Positions 16,402-26,451 of a DNA stretch of 64,000 bases are shown here, piece by piece. Each line of letters begins with the position of its first letter. Positions within the stretch are counted from its first letter, which is position 1. The translations under genes and the position numbers were made by a program. This DNA is from Alphaproteobacteria bacterium (GTDB taxonomy: Bacteria; Pseudomonadota; Alphaproteobacteria; MPNO01): assembly GCA_964291675.2 (NCBI GenBank), contig OZ219866.1, positions 544,001 through 608,000 of the forward strand, written 5' to 3'. The notes beneath the pieces were generated by a model that saw nothing but the letters and a program-made list of their open reading frames with translations, searched no databases and was not told where the DNA came from.

Positions 16402-19380
16402 ATGAGTCAAGCACAGCAAAAATACGTCGGCCAGCCGATCGACCGGGTCGAGGACGCGGCGCTGCTGACCGGCAGCGCCATGTTCTCGGACCACCTGCCG
16501 ACCCGGACCGGAACGCTGCACGCCGCGATCCTGCGCTCGCCGCACGCCCATGCCGAGATCGCCTCGATCGACGTCTCCCGCGCCAAGGCGATGCCGGGCG
16601 TCGCCGACGTTCTGACGGGAGAGGATTTGAAGGAAATCTCCGATCCCTTCCTGATCGTCCTGCGCCAGCCGATCCTTCAATGGGCGCTCGCCGTCGGCAA
16701 GGTCCGCTATGTGGGCGAGCCGGTGGCCGTCGCCATCGCGACCGACCGGTACCGGGCCGAGGATGCGCTGTCCGCGGTGGAGGTCGCCTACAGGACGCTC
16801 GAGCCCGCCGTCGATCCGGAAGAAGCGGCGCAAGAGGGTGCGCCCCTGGTCCACGAGGACGTGGGATCGAACATCGTCTCGGTCCGCGACTTCGTCTACG
16901 GCGACCCGGACGCGGCGTTCGCGGAAGCCGACCGGACGGTGAAGCTCAAGGTCTCCTATCCGCGCAACTCGCACACCCCGATCGAGGGCTTCGTGGCGAC
17001 GGTCGACTACGACGCGGCGACCGGGTCCTTCGACGTCCAGTCCAATTTTCAGGGGCCGTACTCAACCCACACGGTGATCTCGAAGGCGCTGCGCGTCTCA
17101 AGCTCCAGGCTCAGGATGCGCACCCCCAACTTCTCCGGCGGCGGGTTCGGGGTGAAAGTCCAGGTCTTCCCCTATATCGTCCTGATGGGCGCGGCGTCCA
17201 GGATCGTCGGGCGCCCGGTGAAGTGGGTCGAGGACCGGCTCGAACACCTGTCCGGGGCGGCGGCGGCGCCCAACCGGGTGATCTCGATCGAGGCCGCGGT
17301 CGGGAACGACGGCACCATCGCCGGCTTCCGGTTCGACCAGCTCGACGACTACGGCGCCTTCCTGCGCGCGCCCATGCCGGGGCCGCTCTACCGCATGCAC
17401 GGCATCCTGACCGGCGCCTATGACGTCAAGAACCTGGCCGTCACCAACCGGCTGGTGCTGACCAACAAGTGCCCGTCCGGGATGATCCGCGGCTTCGGCG
17501 GACCGCAGATGTACTACGCCATCGAACGCCTGGTGCAGCGGATCGCGGTCGAGCTGGGGCTCGACCATTTCGAGGTGATCCGCAAGAACCTCGTCCCCGC
17601 CGGCGTCTTCCCCTACCGCGCGGCGGCCGGCGCTCTGCTCGATTCCGGCGACTATCCGGCGGCGCTGGAGAAGGCGGCCAACGAAGGCAGGCTGGAAGCG
17701 CTGAGAGAACGCCGCGACGAGGCGCGCGCGGAAGGCCGGCTCTACGGCATCGGCTACGCCGCGATCGTCGAGCCGGCGCAGTCCAATATGGGCTATCTCT
17801 CGAACATCCTGCCGCTGGAGGAGCGCCAGAAGAACCCCAAGGGCGGCGCGGTCTCCAACGCCACGGTCAATATCGACCCGCTGGGGACGGTCAACGTGAC
17901 CGCCGACTCGATCCCGCAGGGCCAGGGCCACATGACGGTGCTGTCGCAGATCGTCGCCGACAATCTGGGGCTCGAGCCGGGCGACATCCACGTCAACCTG
18001 GAGCACGACACGGCGAAGGATGCGTGGTCGATCGCAACCGGCAACTACTCCGCGCGCTTCACCTCGTCGACGGCGGTCGCCGCCGACCGCGCGGCCAAGA
18101 AGGCGCGCGCCAAGCTCGCCAGGATCGCCAGCCAGACCCTCAACGTGCCGGCGGACAAGCTCGAATTCGGCAACGGCAGGATCTACGCCGCCGACAACCC
18201 GGACAACGCGGTCAACCTCTACCGCGTGGCGGGATCGGCGCATTGGACCCCCGGCAACCTGCCCGACGACATGGAGCCCGGGATCCGCGAGATGGGATCC
18301 TGGTCGCCGCCCGAGCTGGAGCCGCCCAACGACAAGGACCAGATCAACTCCTCGCTCACCTACGGTTTCGTGTTCGATTTCTGCGGCGTCGAGATCGACC
18401 GCGACACCGGCGAGGTGAAGATCGACAAGTACGTGACGATGCACGATTCGGGCACGCTGCTGAATCCCAAGCTCGCCGAAGGGCAGGTGCACGGCGCCTT
18501 CGCCTGGGCGGTGGGCTGCGCGCTGCACGAGGAGTTCGCCTATGGCGAGGACGGCAGCTTCCTCAACGGCACCTTCGCCGACTACCTGGTGCCGACCGCC
18601 TGGGAGGTGCCGGAGCCCCAGGTCGTCCATATGGAGACGCCGTCGCTGGTCACCCCGCTGGGCGCCAAGGGGGTGGGCGAGGGCAACTGCATGTCCACGC
18701 CCGTCTGCATCGCCAACGCGGTATGCGACGCGCTGGGGATCGACAACGTCACCCTGCCTCTCACCCCCAACAAGGTCGCCGGCCTGATCCACGGCGAGGA
18801 ACGGCCGCCGCCCGACGGTCCCGAGGCCCCTTCGGCCGCGCGGGAGGCGGCGGGGAATGTCATCGCGGGAAGCGGCGATGGGTTCGTGCCGTCCCCGCCC
18901 GAGGAGGTGTGGGCGGCGCTGCTCGATCCGGAAAAGCTCGCCGCGGTCATCCCGGGCTGCCTCGCCCTGGACCGGGTGGACGAGAACGACTACCGCGCCG
19001 AGGTGTCGATCGGCGCAGGCCCGGTCAAGGGCCGCTTCAGGGCGAATGTCAGGTTGAGCGACCTGGATCCGCCCAGGGCGGCGACGCTCACGGGCGCGCT
19101 GACCGGGATGCTCGGGCTCTCGCAAGGCAGCGGGCGGGTGACCCTCGCGCCGAAGGACGGCGGCACGGCGCTCGCCTACGATTACCGGATCGAGGTCTCG
19201 GGCACCGTGGCGGCGGTCGGCGGGCGCATGCTCGAAGGCGCCGCCCGGGCGCTGGTGCGGCAGTTCTTCGACCGCCTCGCCTCGGTGCTGGGCGGCGGGG
19301 CGGCCGAGGCTGCGGCGGCGGACGCGGACGCGGCCTCCTGGTGGCGGCGCCTGCTGGCGGCGCTCGGGATCGGCCGATGA
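16402..19380 (+). CDS. Molybdenum hydroxylase large subunit with C-terminal CoxG/SRPBCC fusion (2-furoyl-CoA dehydrogenase HmfA-like)
   Basis: RVEDAALLTG, GGGFGVK, IRGFGGPQ, QGQGH, AKGVGEG; last ~170 aa CoxG-like (EEVWAALLDPEKLAAVIPGC). Confidence 0.88.
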   Translation: MSQAQQKYVGQPIDRVEDAALLTGSAMFSDHLPTRTGTLHAAILRSPHAHAEIASIDVSRAKAMPGVADVLTGEDLKEISDPFLIVLRQPILQWALAVGKVRYVGEPVAVAIATDRYRAEDALSAVEVAYRTLEPAVDPEEAAQEGAPLVHEDVGSNIVSVRDFVYGDPDAAFAEADRTVKLKVSYPRNSHTPIEGFVATVDYDAATGSFDVQSNFQGPYSTHTVISKALRVSSSRLRMRTPNFSGGGFGVKVQVFPYIVLMGAASRIVGRPVKWVEDRLEHLSGAAAAPNRVISIEAAVGNDGTIAGFRFDQLDDYGAFLRAPMPGPLYRMHGILTGAYDVKNLAVTNRLVLTNKCPSGMIRGFGGPQMYYAIERLVQRIAVELGLDHFEVIRKNLVPAGVFPYRAAAGALLDSGDYPAALEKAANEGRLEALRERRDEARAEGRLYGIGYAAIVEPAQSNMGYLSNILPLEERQKNPKGGAVSNATVNIDPLGTVNVTADSIPQGQGHMTVLSQIVADNLGLEPGDIHVNLEHDTAKDAWSIATGNYSARFTSSTAVAADRAAKKARAKLARIASQTLNVPADKLEFGNGRIYAADNPDNAVNLYRVAGSAHWTPGNLPDDMEPGIREMGSWSPPELEPPNDKDQINSSLTYGFVFDFCGVEIDRDTGEVKIDKYVTMHDSGTLLNPKLAEGQVHGAFAWAVGCALHEEFAYGEDGSFLNGTFADYLVPTAWEVPEPQVVHMETPSLVTPLGAKGVGEGNCMSTPVCIANAVCDALGIDNVTLPLTPNKVAGLIHGEERPPPDGPEAPSAAREAAGNVIAGSGDGFVPSPPEEVWAALLDPEKLAAVIPGCLALDRVDENDYRAEVSIGAGPVKGRFRANVRLSDLDPPRAATLTGALTGMLGLSQGSGRVTLAPKDGGTALAYDYRIEVSGTVAAVGGRMLEGAARALVRQFFDRLASVLGGGAAEAAAADADAASWWRRLLAALGIGR

Positions 19381-20204
19381 AGCCGAGCCCGTTCGACTAC
19401 ATCCGCGCGGCCTCCGCCGAGGAAGCGCTCGACGGCCTGGCCAGCCATGGCGAAGACGCCCGCATCCTCGCCGGCGGGCTGTCGCTGGTGCCGATGCTCA
19501 ACTTCCGCCTGGTCGAACCGGCCATGCTGATCGACATCTCCGGCATCGCGGCGCTCGACTACATCCGCCTCGACGACGGCGCGGTGGAGATCGGCGCGTC
19601 GACCCGCCAGAGCGCGCTCGAGCGCTGGGACGGGACCGCCGGGAGCCTGCCGCTGGTGCATGCGGCGTTCCCGCATATCGGCCATTACCAGACCCGCAGC
19701 CGGGGAACCGTGTGCGGCTCGGTCGCCCATTCCGATCCGAGCTCGGAGCTGCCGCTCTGCCTGGCGACGCTGGGCGGCGAGGTGGTGCTGCGCTCGACCG
19801 CCGGCGAGCGCTGCGTCGCCGCCGGGGACTTCCAGACCGGCATGCTGACCACGGCGAAGCGCGACGACGAGATGGTGGCGGCGGTGCGCTTTCCGGTGGC
19901 GGAGCCGGGAAGCGGCTACGCGTTTGCCGAGATGGCGCAGCGGCGCGGCGACTTCGCCATCGTGGCGCTCGCCGCCTCGGCCTCCGGCGAGCGGGTCCGG
20001 CTCGGTGTCGGCGGCGTCGCCGACCGCCCGGCGGTGCGCGAATGGGACGGGCTCGGGGGCAGCGCGCTCGACGACGCGCTGAACGCCTTCGCCTGGGAGC
20101 TCGGCGGCTATGACGACGTGCACGCGACCGCGCGCTACCGCCGCGAGCTGGTCCGCCGGCTGGGCAGGAGAGTCATCGAGGAGGCCAGGTCATGCCGCAG
20201 TTGA
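19377..20204 (+). CDS. Molybdenum hydroxylase FAD subunit (HmfB/CoxM-like)
   Basis: MKPSPFDY, LAGGLSLVPMLNFRL, RSRGTVCGSVAHSDP, RRGDFA. Confidence 0.9.
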   Translation: MKPSPFDYIRAASAEEALDGLASHGEDARILAGGLSLVPMLNFRLVEPAMLIDISGIAALDYIRLDDGAVEIGASTRQSALERWDGTAGSLPLVHAAFPHIGHYQTRSRGTVCGSVAHSDPSSELPLCLATLGGEVVLRSTAGERCVAAGDFQTGMLTTAKRDDEMVAAVRFPVAEPGSGYAFAEMAQRRGDFAIVALAASASGERVRLGVGGVADRPAVREWDGLGGSALDDALNAFAWELGGYDDVHATARYRRELVRRLGRRVIEEARSCRS

Positions 20205-20683
20205 ACCGGGATACGCGGCACGCGGTCTCCTTCGCCCTCAACGGCAAGCAGGCCCAGGGCCACGCCGAGCCGCGCATGCTGCTGTCGGACTTCCTGGTCC
20301 ACGAGCTCGGCCTGACCAGCGTCCATGTCGGCTGCGAGCACGGTGTCTGCGGCGCCTGCACGGTGCGCGTCGACGGGGCGGTGAGCCGGGCCTGCCTCAC
20401 CTTCGCGGTGCAGGTCGACGGCAGGCGGGTCGACACCGTGGAAAGCCTCAGCCCCGAATCCGGGGGCCTCAACGACCTCCAGCAATCCTTCCGGCGGAAC
20501 CACGGGCTGCAATGCGGGTACTGCACGCCGGGGATCCTGATGTCGCTCGCCGCCTATCTGGAAGAGAACCCGAAGCCGAGCGAGGACGAGCTGCGCGACA
20601 TGCTGAGCGGCCATCTCTGCCGCTGCACCGGCTATGTCAACATCGTCCGCGCGGTGATGGAGCATGTCGGCAACTCGCCATAG
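20192..20683 (+). CDS. Molybdenum hydroxylase 2Fe-2S subunit (HmfC/CoxS-like)
   Basis: GCEHGVCGACTV, QCGYCTPG, GHLCRCTGY. Confidence 0.92.
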   Translation: MPQLNRDTRHAVSFALNGKQAQGHAEPRMLLSDFLVHELGLTSVHVGCEHGVCGACTVRVDGAVSRACLTFAVQVDGRRVDTVESLSPESGGLNDLQQSFRRNHGLQCGYCTPGILMSLAAYLEENPKPSEDELRDMLSGHLCRCTGYVNIVRAVMEHVGNSP

Positions 20684-20698
20684 AACCGGGCGGCGGCC

Positions 20699-22198
20699 GT
20701 GACCGGCGGAGCGCTGCCGACCGCGATCGAGGATCGGGCGGCCTATCGCAGCGCCGTCCGCCATCTGCGCGATGCGCGGGTGGTGCTGCCGACCTTCGCG
20801 GAACTCGCCGACCCGGCGTCGATCCCGGCCGATATCGCGTCCCGGACCGCTTGCGTCGACCGCGACGCGGCCGATCCCCGCAACCTGTTCCGCGTCCACT
20901 GGTTCAACGACATCGAGACCGGCGGCATCCGGGCGGTGCCGCCGCATGTGGTGCTGCCCCGGTCGCTGACCGGCGTCGACGCGCCGATCGCGGTCGCGCT
21001 CGGCAACAGCTTCCCGATGATCGGCGCGCACAAGGTGCTCGCCGCCTATGCCTGCCTGGTCTGGCGGCTGGTCACCGGCCGCTTCGACCCGGCCCGCCAC
21101 AAGGCGGTGTGGCCGTCGACCGGCAATTACTGCCGGGGCGGGGTCGCGATCTCGCGCATCATGGGGGTGCGCGGCGTGGCCGTGCTGCCCGAAGGGATGA
21201 GCGCCGAGCGGTTCGACTGGCTGCGGCAATGGATCGAGCACCCGGACGACATCGTCCGCACCCCGGGCTCGGAGAGCAACGTCAAGGAGATCTACGACGC
21301 CTGCGACGAGTTGGAGCGCGACCCGGCCAACGCGATCCTCAACCAGTTCTCCGAGTTCGCCAACTATCTCGGCCATTACCGCTGCACGGGGCCGGCGCTG
21401 GAGGCGGTCCATGCGCATCTCCGCCGGGGCAACCCCGATCTCTCGCTCGCCGCCTTCGTCGCCGGCACCGGTTCGGGCGGCACGCTCGGCGCGGGGGACC
21501 ATCTGAAGGCGGCGCTGGGCGCGCGGATCGTTGCCGTCGAGCCGCTCGAATGCCCGACCATGCTCTATAACGGCTATGGCGCGCACAACATCCAGGGGAT
21601 CGGCGACAAGCACATCCCGCTGATCCAGAACGCGATGAACACCGACGCCGTGGTCGGCGTCTCGGACCGCAGCTGCGACCGGCTGAACGCGCTGTTCAAC
21701 ACCGAGGCGGGGCGCGCCCATCTCGCCGGGCGATGCGGCGTCGACGCGGGAATCGTCGCCGGGCTCGCGGATTTCGGCCTGTCGTCGATCGCCAATTTGC
21801 TGGCGTCGATAAAGTTCGCCAAGCGCTTCGGCCTCGGAGCGAACGACCTGATCGTGACGGTCGCGACCGACGGGGCCTCGATGTACGACAGCGAACGGGC
21901 AAAGACGGTCGATGCCGAGTTCGCGGGCGCGTATGACGAAGTCGCGGCGGCGGAGACGTTCGGCCGGGACCTCGCCGCGATCGGCACCGACCACGTGCTG
22001 GAAACCGGCTGGGCGGAGCGCACGCGCATCTTCAATCTCGGCTATTTTACCTGGGTCGAGCAGCGCGGCGTGGACCTCGCGGCGTTCGACGAACGCCGCG
22101 ACCAGGGGTTCTGGACCGGGCTCCACGACGTGCTGCCGCTGTGGGACGAGGCGATCCGGGCGTTCAACGCCGAGACCGGCGTCAACCGGCCGGGCTGA
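20699..22198 (+). CDS. Fold-type II PLP-dependent enzyme (cysteine synthase-like, long form)
   Basis: IGAHKV (PLP lysine), [25 protein letters not shown]. Confidence 0.8.
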   Translation: MTGGALPTAIEDRAAYRSAVRHLRDARVVLPTFAELADPASIPADIASRTACVDRDAADPRNLFRVHWFNDIETGGIRAVPPHVVLPRSLTGVDAPIAVALGNSFPMIGAHKVLAAYACLVWRLVTGRFDPARHKAVWPSTGNYCRGGVAISRIMGVRGVAVLPEGMSAERFDWLRQWIEHPDDIVRTPGSESNVKEIYDACDELERDPANAILNQFSEFANYLGHYRCTGPALEAVHAHLRRGNPDLSLAAFVAGTGSGGTLGAGDHLKAALGARIVAVEPLECPTMLYNGYGAHNIQGIGDKHIPLIQNAMNTDAVVGVSDRSCDRLNALFNTEAGRAHLAGRCGVDAGIVAGLADFGLSSIANLLASIKFAKRFGLGANDLIVTVATDGASMYDSERAKTVDAEFAGAYDEVAAAETFGRDLAAIGTDHVLETGWAERTRIFNLGYFTWVEQRGVDLAAFDERRDQGFWTGLHDVLPLWDEAIRAFNAETGVNRPG

Positions 22199-22210
22199 GG
22201 AGGGGACGAC

Positions 22211-23164
22211 GTGACCAAGCCCTATGCCGATCTCAGGCGCGAGACCGAGGCGCGGGACCGCAGCCTGCGCGAGAAGGTGATGTCGCTGGAAGAGGCGGCG
22301 GCGCTGGTCAAGGACGGCGATCACGTCGCGCTCGGCGGCTGCACGCTGTCGCGCACGCCGATGGCGATGGTCTGGGCGCTGATCCGGGCGCGCCGGAAGG
22401 ACCTCGTGGTCTCGCGCAGCATCACCTCGACCGAGGGCGACCTGTTCTACGGCTCGGGCGCCAGCAGGCACGTGCTGACGAGCTGGTTCTCCCAGGGCAT
22501 CGTCTGGGGCGTCTCCAAGGTGATGCGCCATTTCACGGAGACCGGACAGGCGGTGTTCGAGGAGTGGAGCCACATGGCGATCGGCGTGCGCTACCGCGCC
22601 GGCGCGATGGGGGTGCCGTTCATCCCGGTGCGCAGCATGCTGGGCTCGGACCTCACCGGGCGGATCGACGGGCCTAAGGAGATGGACTGCCCGTTCACCG
22701 GGGACCGGCTGCTGCTGGTGCCCGCGCTCAACCCCGATGTCGCGCTGATCCACGTCCAGCGCTGCGACGAATACGGCAACGCGCAGATGGACGGGCTGCC
22801 CTTCATGGACGCCGATATCGCGATGGCGGCCAACCGGGTCATCCTGACCACCGAGCGCATCGTCTCCAACAGCCAGATCCGCCGCGCCCCCGACCGCACG
22901 CGGATCCCGTTCATCACCGTCGATGCGGTGGTCGAGGCGCCCTATGGCTGCGCGCCGCATGAATGCTACGGGGTGTACGAGCCGTTCCTCCCCAATCTCG
23001 ACTCCTATGCGGCGCAGATCGGCCGTGACCCCGAGGCCGGGGTGAAGGAATATCTTGAGCGCTACGTCTACCAACCCAAGGACTGGGTCGCCTATCTCGA
23101 TCTCCTGGGCATGGACAACGTGATCGACGCGGCCCGGCGCGGCAGGAGCGTCTACAATGACTGA
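22211..23164 (+). CDS. Family I CoA transferase subunit A (glutaconate CoA-transferase-like)
   Basis: KVMSLEEAAALVKDGD, RAGAMGVPF, PDVALIHVQRCDEYGN, VDAVVEAPYGCAP. Confidence 0.88.
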   Translation: MTKPYADLRRETEARDRSLREKVMSLEEAAALVKDGDHVALGGCTLSRTPMAMVWALIRARRKDLVVSRSITSTEGDLFYGSGASRHVLTSWFSQGIVWGVSKVMRHFTETGQAVFEEWSHMAIGVRYRAGAMGVPFIPVRSMLGSDLTGRIDGPKEMDCPFTGDRLLLVPALNPDVALIHVQRCDEYGNAQMDGLPFMDADIAMAANRVILTTERIVSNSQIRRAPDRTRIPFITVDAVVEAPYGCAPHECYGVYEPFLPNLDSYAAQIGRDPEAGVKEYLERYVYQPKDWVAYLDLLGMDNVIDAARRGRSVYND

Positions 23165-23963
23165 CCACGGGACTGACCACGGGACTGACCACGGGACTGA
23201 CAACGGATCGCACAGCGCGTCCGAACTCCTCGCGGTGATGAGCAGCCGGTCGCTGGAGGACGGGCAGACCGTCTTCGCCGGCGTCGGAATCCCCCTGCTT
23301 GCCGCGACGCTGGCCCAGCGCACCCACGCGCCGGGGCTCACCATCCTGTTCGAGGGCGGGGTGCTCGGGCCGTTCATCGTCCCGGGCGAGCTCCCGCCCT
23401 CGACCAACGAGCAGCGCTGCACGCGCCAGGCCAACATGGTGCTGTCGAACACCGACGTGCTGCTGCTGCTGCAGCGGGGCTATGTCGATATCGGGTTCAT
23501 GGGCGGCGCGCAGATCGACCAGTACGGCAATCTCAACAGCTCGTTCATCGGCGACGCCGCGAGCCCGAAGATCCGCCTGCCGGGGACCGGCGGCGGCAAC
23601 GACATCGCGAGCCTGACGCGAATGATCGTGTCGATGATCCACGAGAAGCGGCGCTTCGTGGAGCGAGTCGACTTCGTCACCTCGACCGGCTACTGGCACG
23701 GCGGCACCACGCGCAGCGATTCCGGGCTGACCACGGGCGGGCCCTACCGGGTGATCACCGACCTCGCCGTGCTCGGCTTCGACCCGGACACCAGGCGGAT
23801 GAAGGTCGAGGCGCTGCATGACGGCGTGAAGCCGGAACAGGTGCAGGACGCGACCGGGTTCGAGCTGCTGTTCGACGACGAGGTCGGAACGACCGAGCCG
23901 CCCACCGCAGACGAGCTGGCGGTGCTGCGCGAGATGGACCCGGACCGGGTCTATATCGCCTGA
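23157..23963 (+). CDS. Family I CoA transferase subunit B
   Basis: VFAGVGIP, LFEGG (catalytic Glu), GGAQIDQYGNLNS, RLPGTGGGNDIAS, FVERVDFVTS. Confidence 0.88.
   Translation: MTDHGTDHGTDHGTDNGSHSASELLAVMSSRSLEDGQTVFAGVGIPLLAATLAQRTHAPGLTILFEGGVLGPFIVPGELPPSTNEQRCTRQANMVLSNTDVLLLLQRGYVDIGFMGGAQIDQYGNLNSSFIGDAASPKIRLPGTGGGNDIASLTRMIVSMIHEKRRFVERVDFVTSTGYWHGGTTRSDSGLTTGGPYRVITDLAVLGFDPDTRRMKVEALHDGVKPEQVQDATGFELLFDDEVGTTEPPTADELAVLREMDPDRVYIA
23160..23207 (+). repeat. 12-bp tandem repeat (ACTGACCACGGG x3 plus one degenerate copy)
   Basis: Encodes TDHG-TDHG-TDHG-TDNG at the N-terminus of CoA transferase B. Confidence 0.9.
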
Positions 23964-23999
23964 GCCGCGCGCGCGGCGAACCGGAGAACGGGGGAACAC

Positions 24000-24944
24000 A
24001 TGGCCAGCAAGATCGTGGGCATCGCGATGCAGAATTTCACCGCCGCGCCGGAGATGCCGGATCCGCAGGGGCTGATCGACTACGCGGTCCGCATGGAGGA
24101 GCTGGGCTACGAGTCGGTCTGGGTCTGGGACCACATCCTGCTCGGCGTGGAGCCCTATTTCCCGATCCTCGATTCGCTCACCGTGCTGACCGCGGTGGCG
24201 GCGCGCACCAGCCAGATCCGCATCGGCACCGGCATCCTCGTCCTGCCTTCGCGCAACCCGGTGGTGCTCGCCAAGCAGCTCTCCAGCCTCGACCAGATTT
24301 CCAACGGGCGGCTCACCCTCGGCATGGCGTCGGGCTGGTACAAGCGCGAGTTCGACGCCATGGGCGTGCCGTTCAACAAGCGCGGCAACATCATGGACCA
24401 GAATCTGGAGATCCTGACGCGGCTGTTCACCGAGGACTCGGTGACCGGCAACTACCCGCCCTATGAGCTGCGCGAGGCGGTGATGTCGCCCAAGCCGGTG
24501 CAGAAGCCGCGCCCGCCGATCCTGATCGGCGGCTATGTCGACCGGGTGCTGAGGCGCGCCGCGGTCGCCGGCGACGGCTGGCTCACCTACTACTACACCG
24601 TCGAGGGCTTCGTGAAATCCTGGGACAAGGTGCGCCGCTTCGCCGAGGAGGGCGGCAAGGACCCCGACACGCTGAAAAGCATCAACCAGCTTCCGATCAT
24701 GCTGGGCTCGTCGCGCGCCGAGGTCGAGAAGCCGATGTATGAGTGGCTGACCACCGAATGGGATTTCGCCGGCTGGAGCGATTCGACCACCGACAGCGCG
24801 GTGCTCGGCACGGCGGAGGACTGCATCGAGCAGCTCCGCGCCCATCTCGACGCGGGCGTGCAGCAGATCACCCTGGTGCCCTATCGCTTCGACATGGAGC
24901 AGATCGCGCAGATCGCCGAGGAGGTCCTGCCGGAGATCGGCTGA
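24000..24944 (+). CDS. LLM-class (luciferase-like) flavin/F420-dependent oxidoreductase
   Basis: ELGYESVWVWDH, RNPVVLAKQLSSLDQISNGRL, PKPVQKPRPPILIGG. Confidence 0.9.
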   Translation: MASKIVGIAMQNFTAAPEMPDPQGLIDYAVRMEELGYESVWVWDHILLGVEPYFPILDSLTVLTAVAARTSQIRIGTGILVLPSRNPVVLAKQLSSLDQISNGRLTLGMASGWYKREFDAMGVPFNKRGNIMDQNLEILTRLFTEDSVTGNYPPYELREAVMSPKPVQKPRPPILIGGYVDRVLRRAAVAGDGWLTYYYTVEGFVKSWDKVRRFAEEGGKDPDTLKSINQLPIMLGSSRAEVEKPMYEWLTTEWDFAGWSDSTTDSAVLGTAEDCIEQLRAHLDAGVQQITLVPYRFDMEQIAQIAEEVLPEIG

Positions 24945-24960
24945 GGCCCGGAGACCGGCC

Positions 24961-26451
24961 GTGGCGGCGGATGGCGGGTTCGCGGTTGCGGAAACCACCA
25001 TCGCGGACATCCACGCGGCGTTTGGCGCGGGCGCGCTGACGGCGCGGGCGCTGGTCGAGGCCTATCTCGAGCGTATCGAGGCCTATGACCGGAACGGCCC
25101 CGCGATCAATTCGATAATCTCGGTCAACCCCGAAGCGCTGGAAGACGCCGAGCGCCTCGACGCGGCGTTCGACAAGGACGGCCCGGTCGGCCCGCTGCAC
25201 GGCATCCCGGCGATCGTCAAGGACCAGGCCGATGTCGCGGGCCTGCCGACGACGATGGGCTCGGTGCTGTTCAGGGACCATTACCCGGGGCGGGACTGCT
25301 TCGTCGCTGCGCGGCTCCGGCAGGCCGGGGCGATTTTCATCGCCAAGTCGACGCTGGGCGAGATGGGCGCGGGCGACACCCATGGCTCGCTGTTCGGCTC
25401 GACGCGCAACGTCTACGACCTCGCGCGCACCGCGGGCGGCTCGTCGGGCGGTTCGGGCGCGGCGGTCTCCGCCAATTTCGCCGCCGTCGCCATCGGCCAG
25501 GAGGGGTTCGCCTCGATCCGCCGGCCGGCGGCGTGGAACGGGATCGTCGGCATGCGCCCGACCGCCGGGCTGGTGAGCCGGGGCGGCGTCTATGCCGGCT
25601 GGCCGATGATCAACGGCTCGCTCGGGCCGATGTGCCGCAGCGTCGCCGATGCGGCGCGTCTGCTCGACGTCATGGTGGGCTACGACCCGGCCGACCCGAT
25701 CACCGCGCGCGGCGTCGGCCGGACGCCGGAGAGCTACGCCGCCGGGCTCGATGCGGACGGGCTGAAGGGCGCGCGCATCGGGATCCTGCGCGAGCCGATG
25801 GGTTTTGCGAGCGAGCCGGAGTCCGAGGATTTCGCCAAAGTGGACGCCGTGTTCTCCCGCGCGGTGCGGGAGCTCGCCGCCTGCGGGGCGGAGATCGTGG
25901 ACCCGGTGGCGATCCCGGATCTGGTCGAATTGCTGGCCACGCGGGTCAACGACCGGGCCGAAGAGGACGCCTCGTTCCGCGAATACGTCTCGGGGCTCGA
26001 AAACCCGCCGTTTTCATCGCGCGCAGACGCGATGGCCTCGCCGCTATTCGCCGAGACCAGCCGCGGCGTGCGCACCCGCTGGGCCGCCAACGCCACGGCG
26101 GAACAGCATCGCGCCTTTCTCGCGGCGCGCGAGCGGCTGATGACCAACCTGCTGGCCGTCATGGCCGACCACCGGCTCGACGCCATCGTCCACAAGGCGG
26201 TGGAGCACCAGCCGACCTTGATCGAGGACGGCGTCAATCCGCCCTTCGTCGACCAGAAGGGCGCGCCCTGGCTCAACACTTTCCTGGTCGTCGTGCCCTC
26301 AATCGTGGTGCCGGCGGGGTTCACCTCGGACGGGCTGCCGGTCGGCATCACGTTCCTCGGCCGCAGCTACGACGATGCGCGGATGATCCGCTACGCCCAC
26401 GCCTACGAGCAAGCGACGCGGCACCGCAGGCCGCCGGCTTCAGCTCCCTGA
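24961..26451 (+). CDS. Amidase (amidase signature family)
   Basis: GPLHGIPAIVKD, GGSSGGSGAAV, SIRRPAAWNGIVGMRPT. Confidence 0.9.
   Translation: MAADGGFAVAETTIADIHAAFGAGALTARALVEAYLERIEAYDRNGPAINSIISVNPEALEDAERLDAAFDKDGPVGPLHGIPAIVKDQADVAGLPTTMGSVLFRDHYPGRDCFVAARLRQAGAIFIAKSTLGEMGAGDTHGSLFGSTRNVYDLARTAGGSSGGSGAAVSANFAAVAIGQEGFASIRRPAAWNGIVGMRPTAGLVSRGGVYAGWPMINGSLGPMCRSVADAARLLDVMVGYDPADPITARGVGRTPESYAAGLDADGLKGARIGILREPMGFASEPESEDFAKVDAVFSRAVRELAACGAEIVDPVAIPDLVELLATRVNDRAEEDASFREYVSGLENPPFSSRADAMASPLFAETSRGVRTRWAANATAEQHRAFLAARERLMTNLLAVMADHRLDAIVHKAVEHQPTLIEDGVNPPFVDQKGAPWLNTFLVVVPSIVVPAGFTSDGLPVGITFLGRSYDDARMIRYAHAYEQATRHRRPPASAP

Noticed and set aside
20135-23452. Very long antisense or alternate-frame ORFs (also 31017..34847, 39636..42590, 55073..57502, 32446..34845)
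   Set aside because: Shadow ORFs of real genes in very GC-rich DNA; Arg/Ala/Pro-rich or antisense-type composition with no motifs
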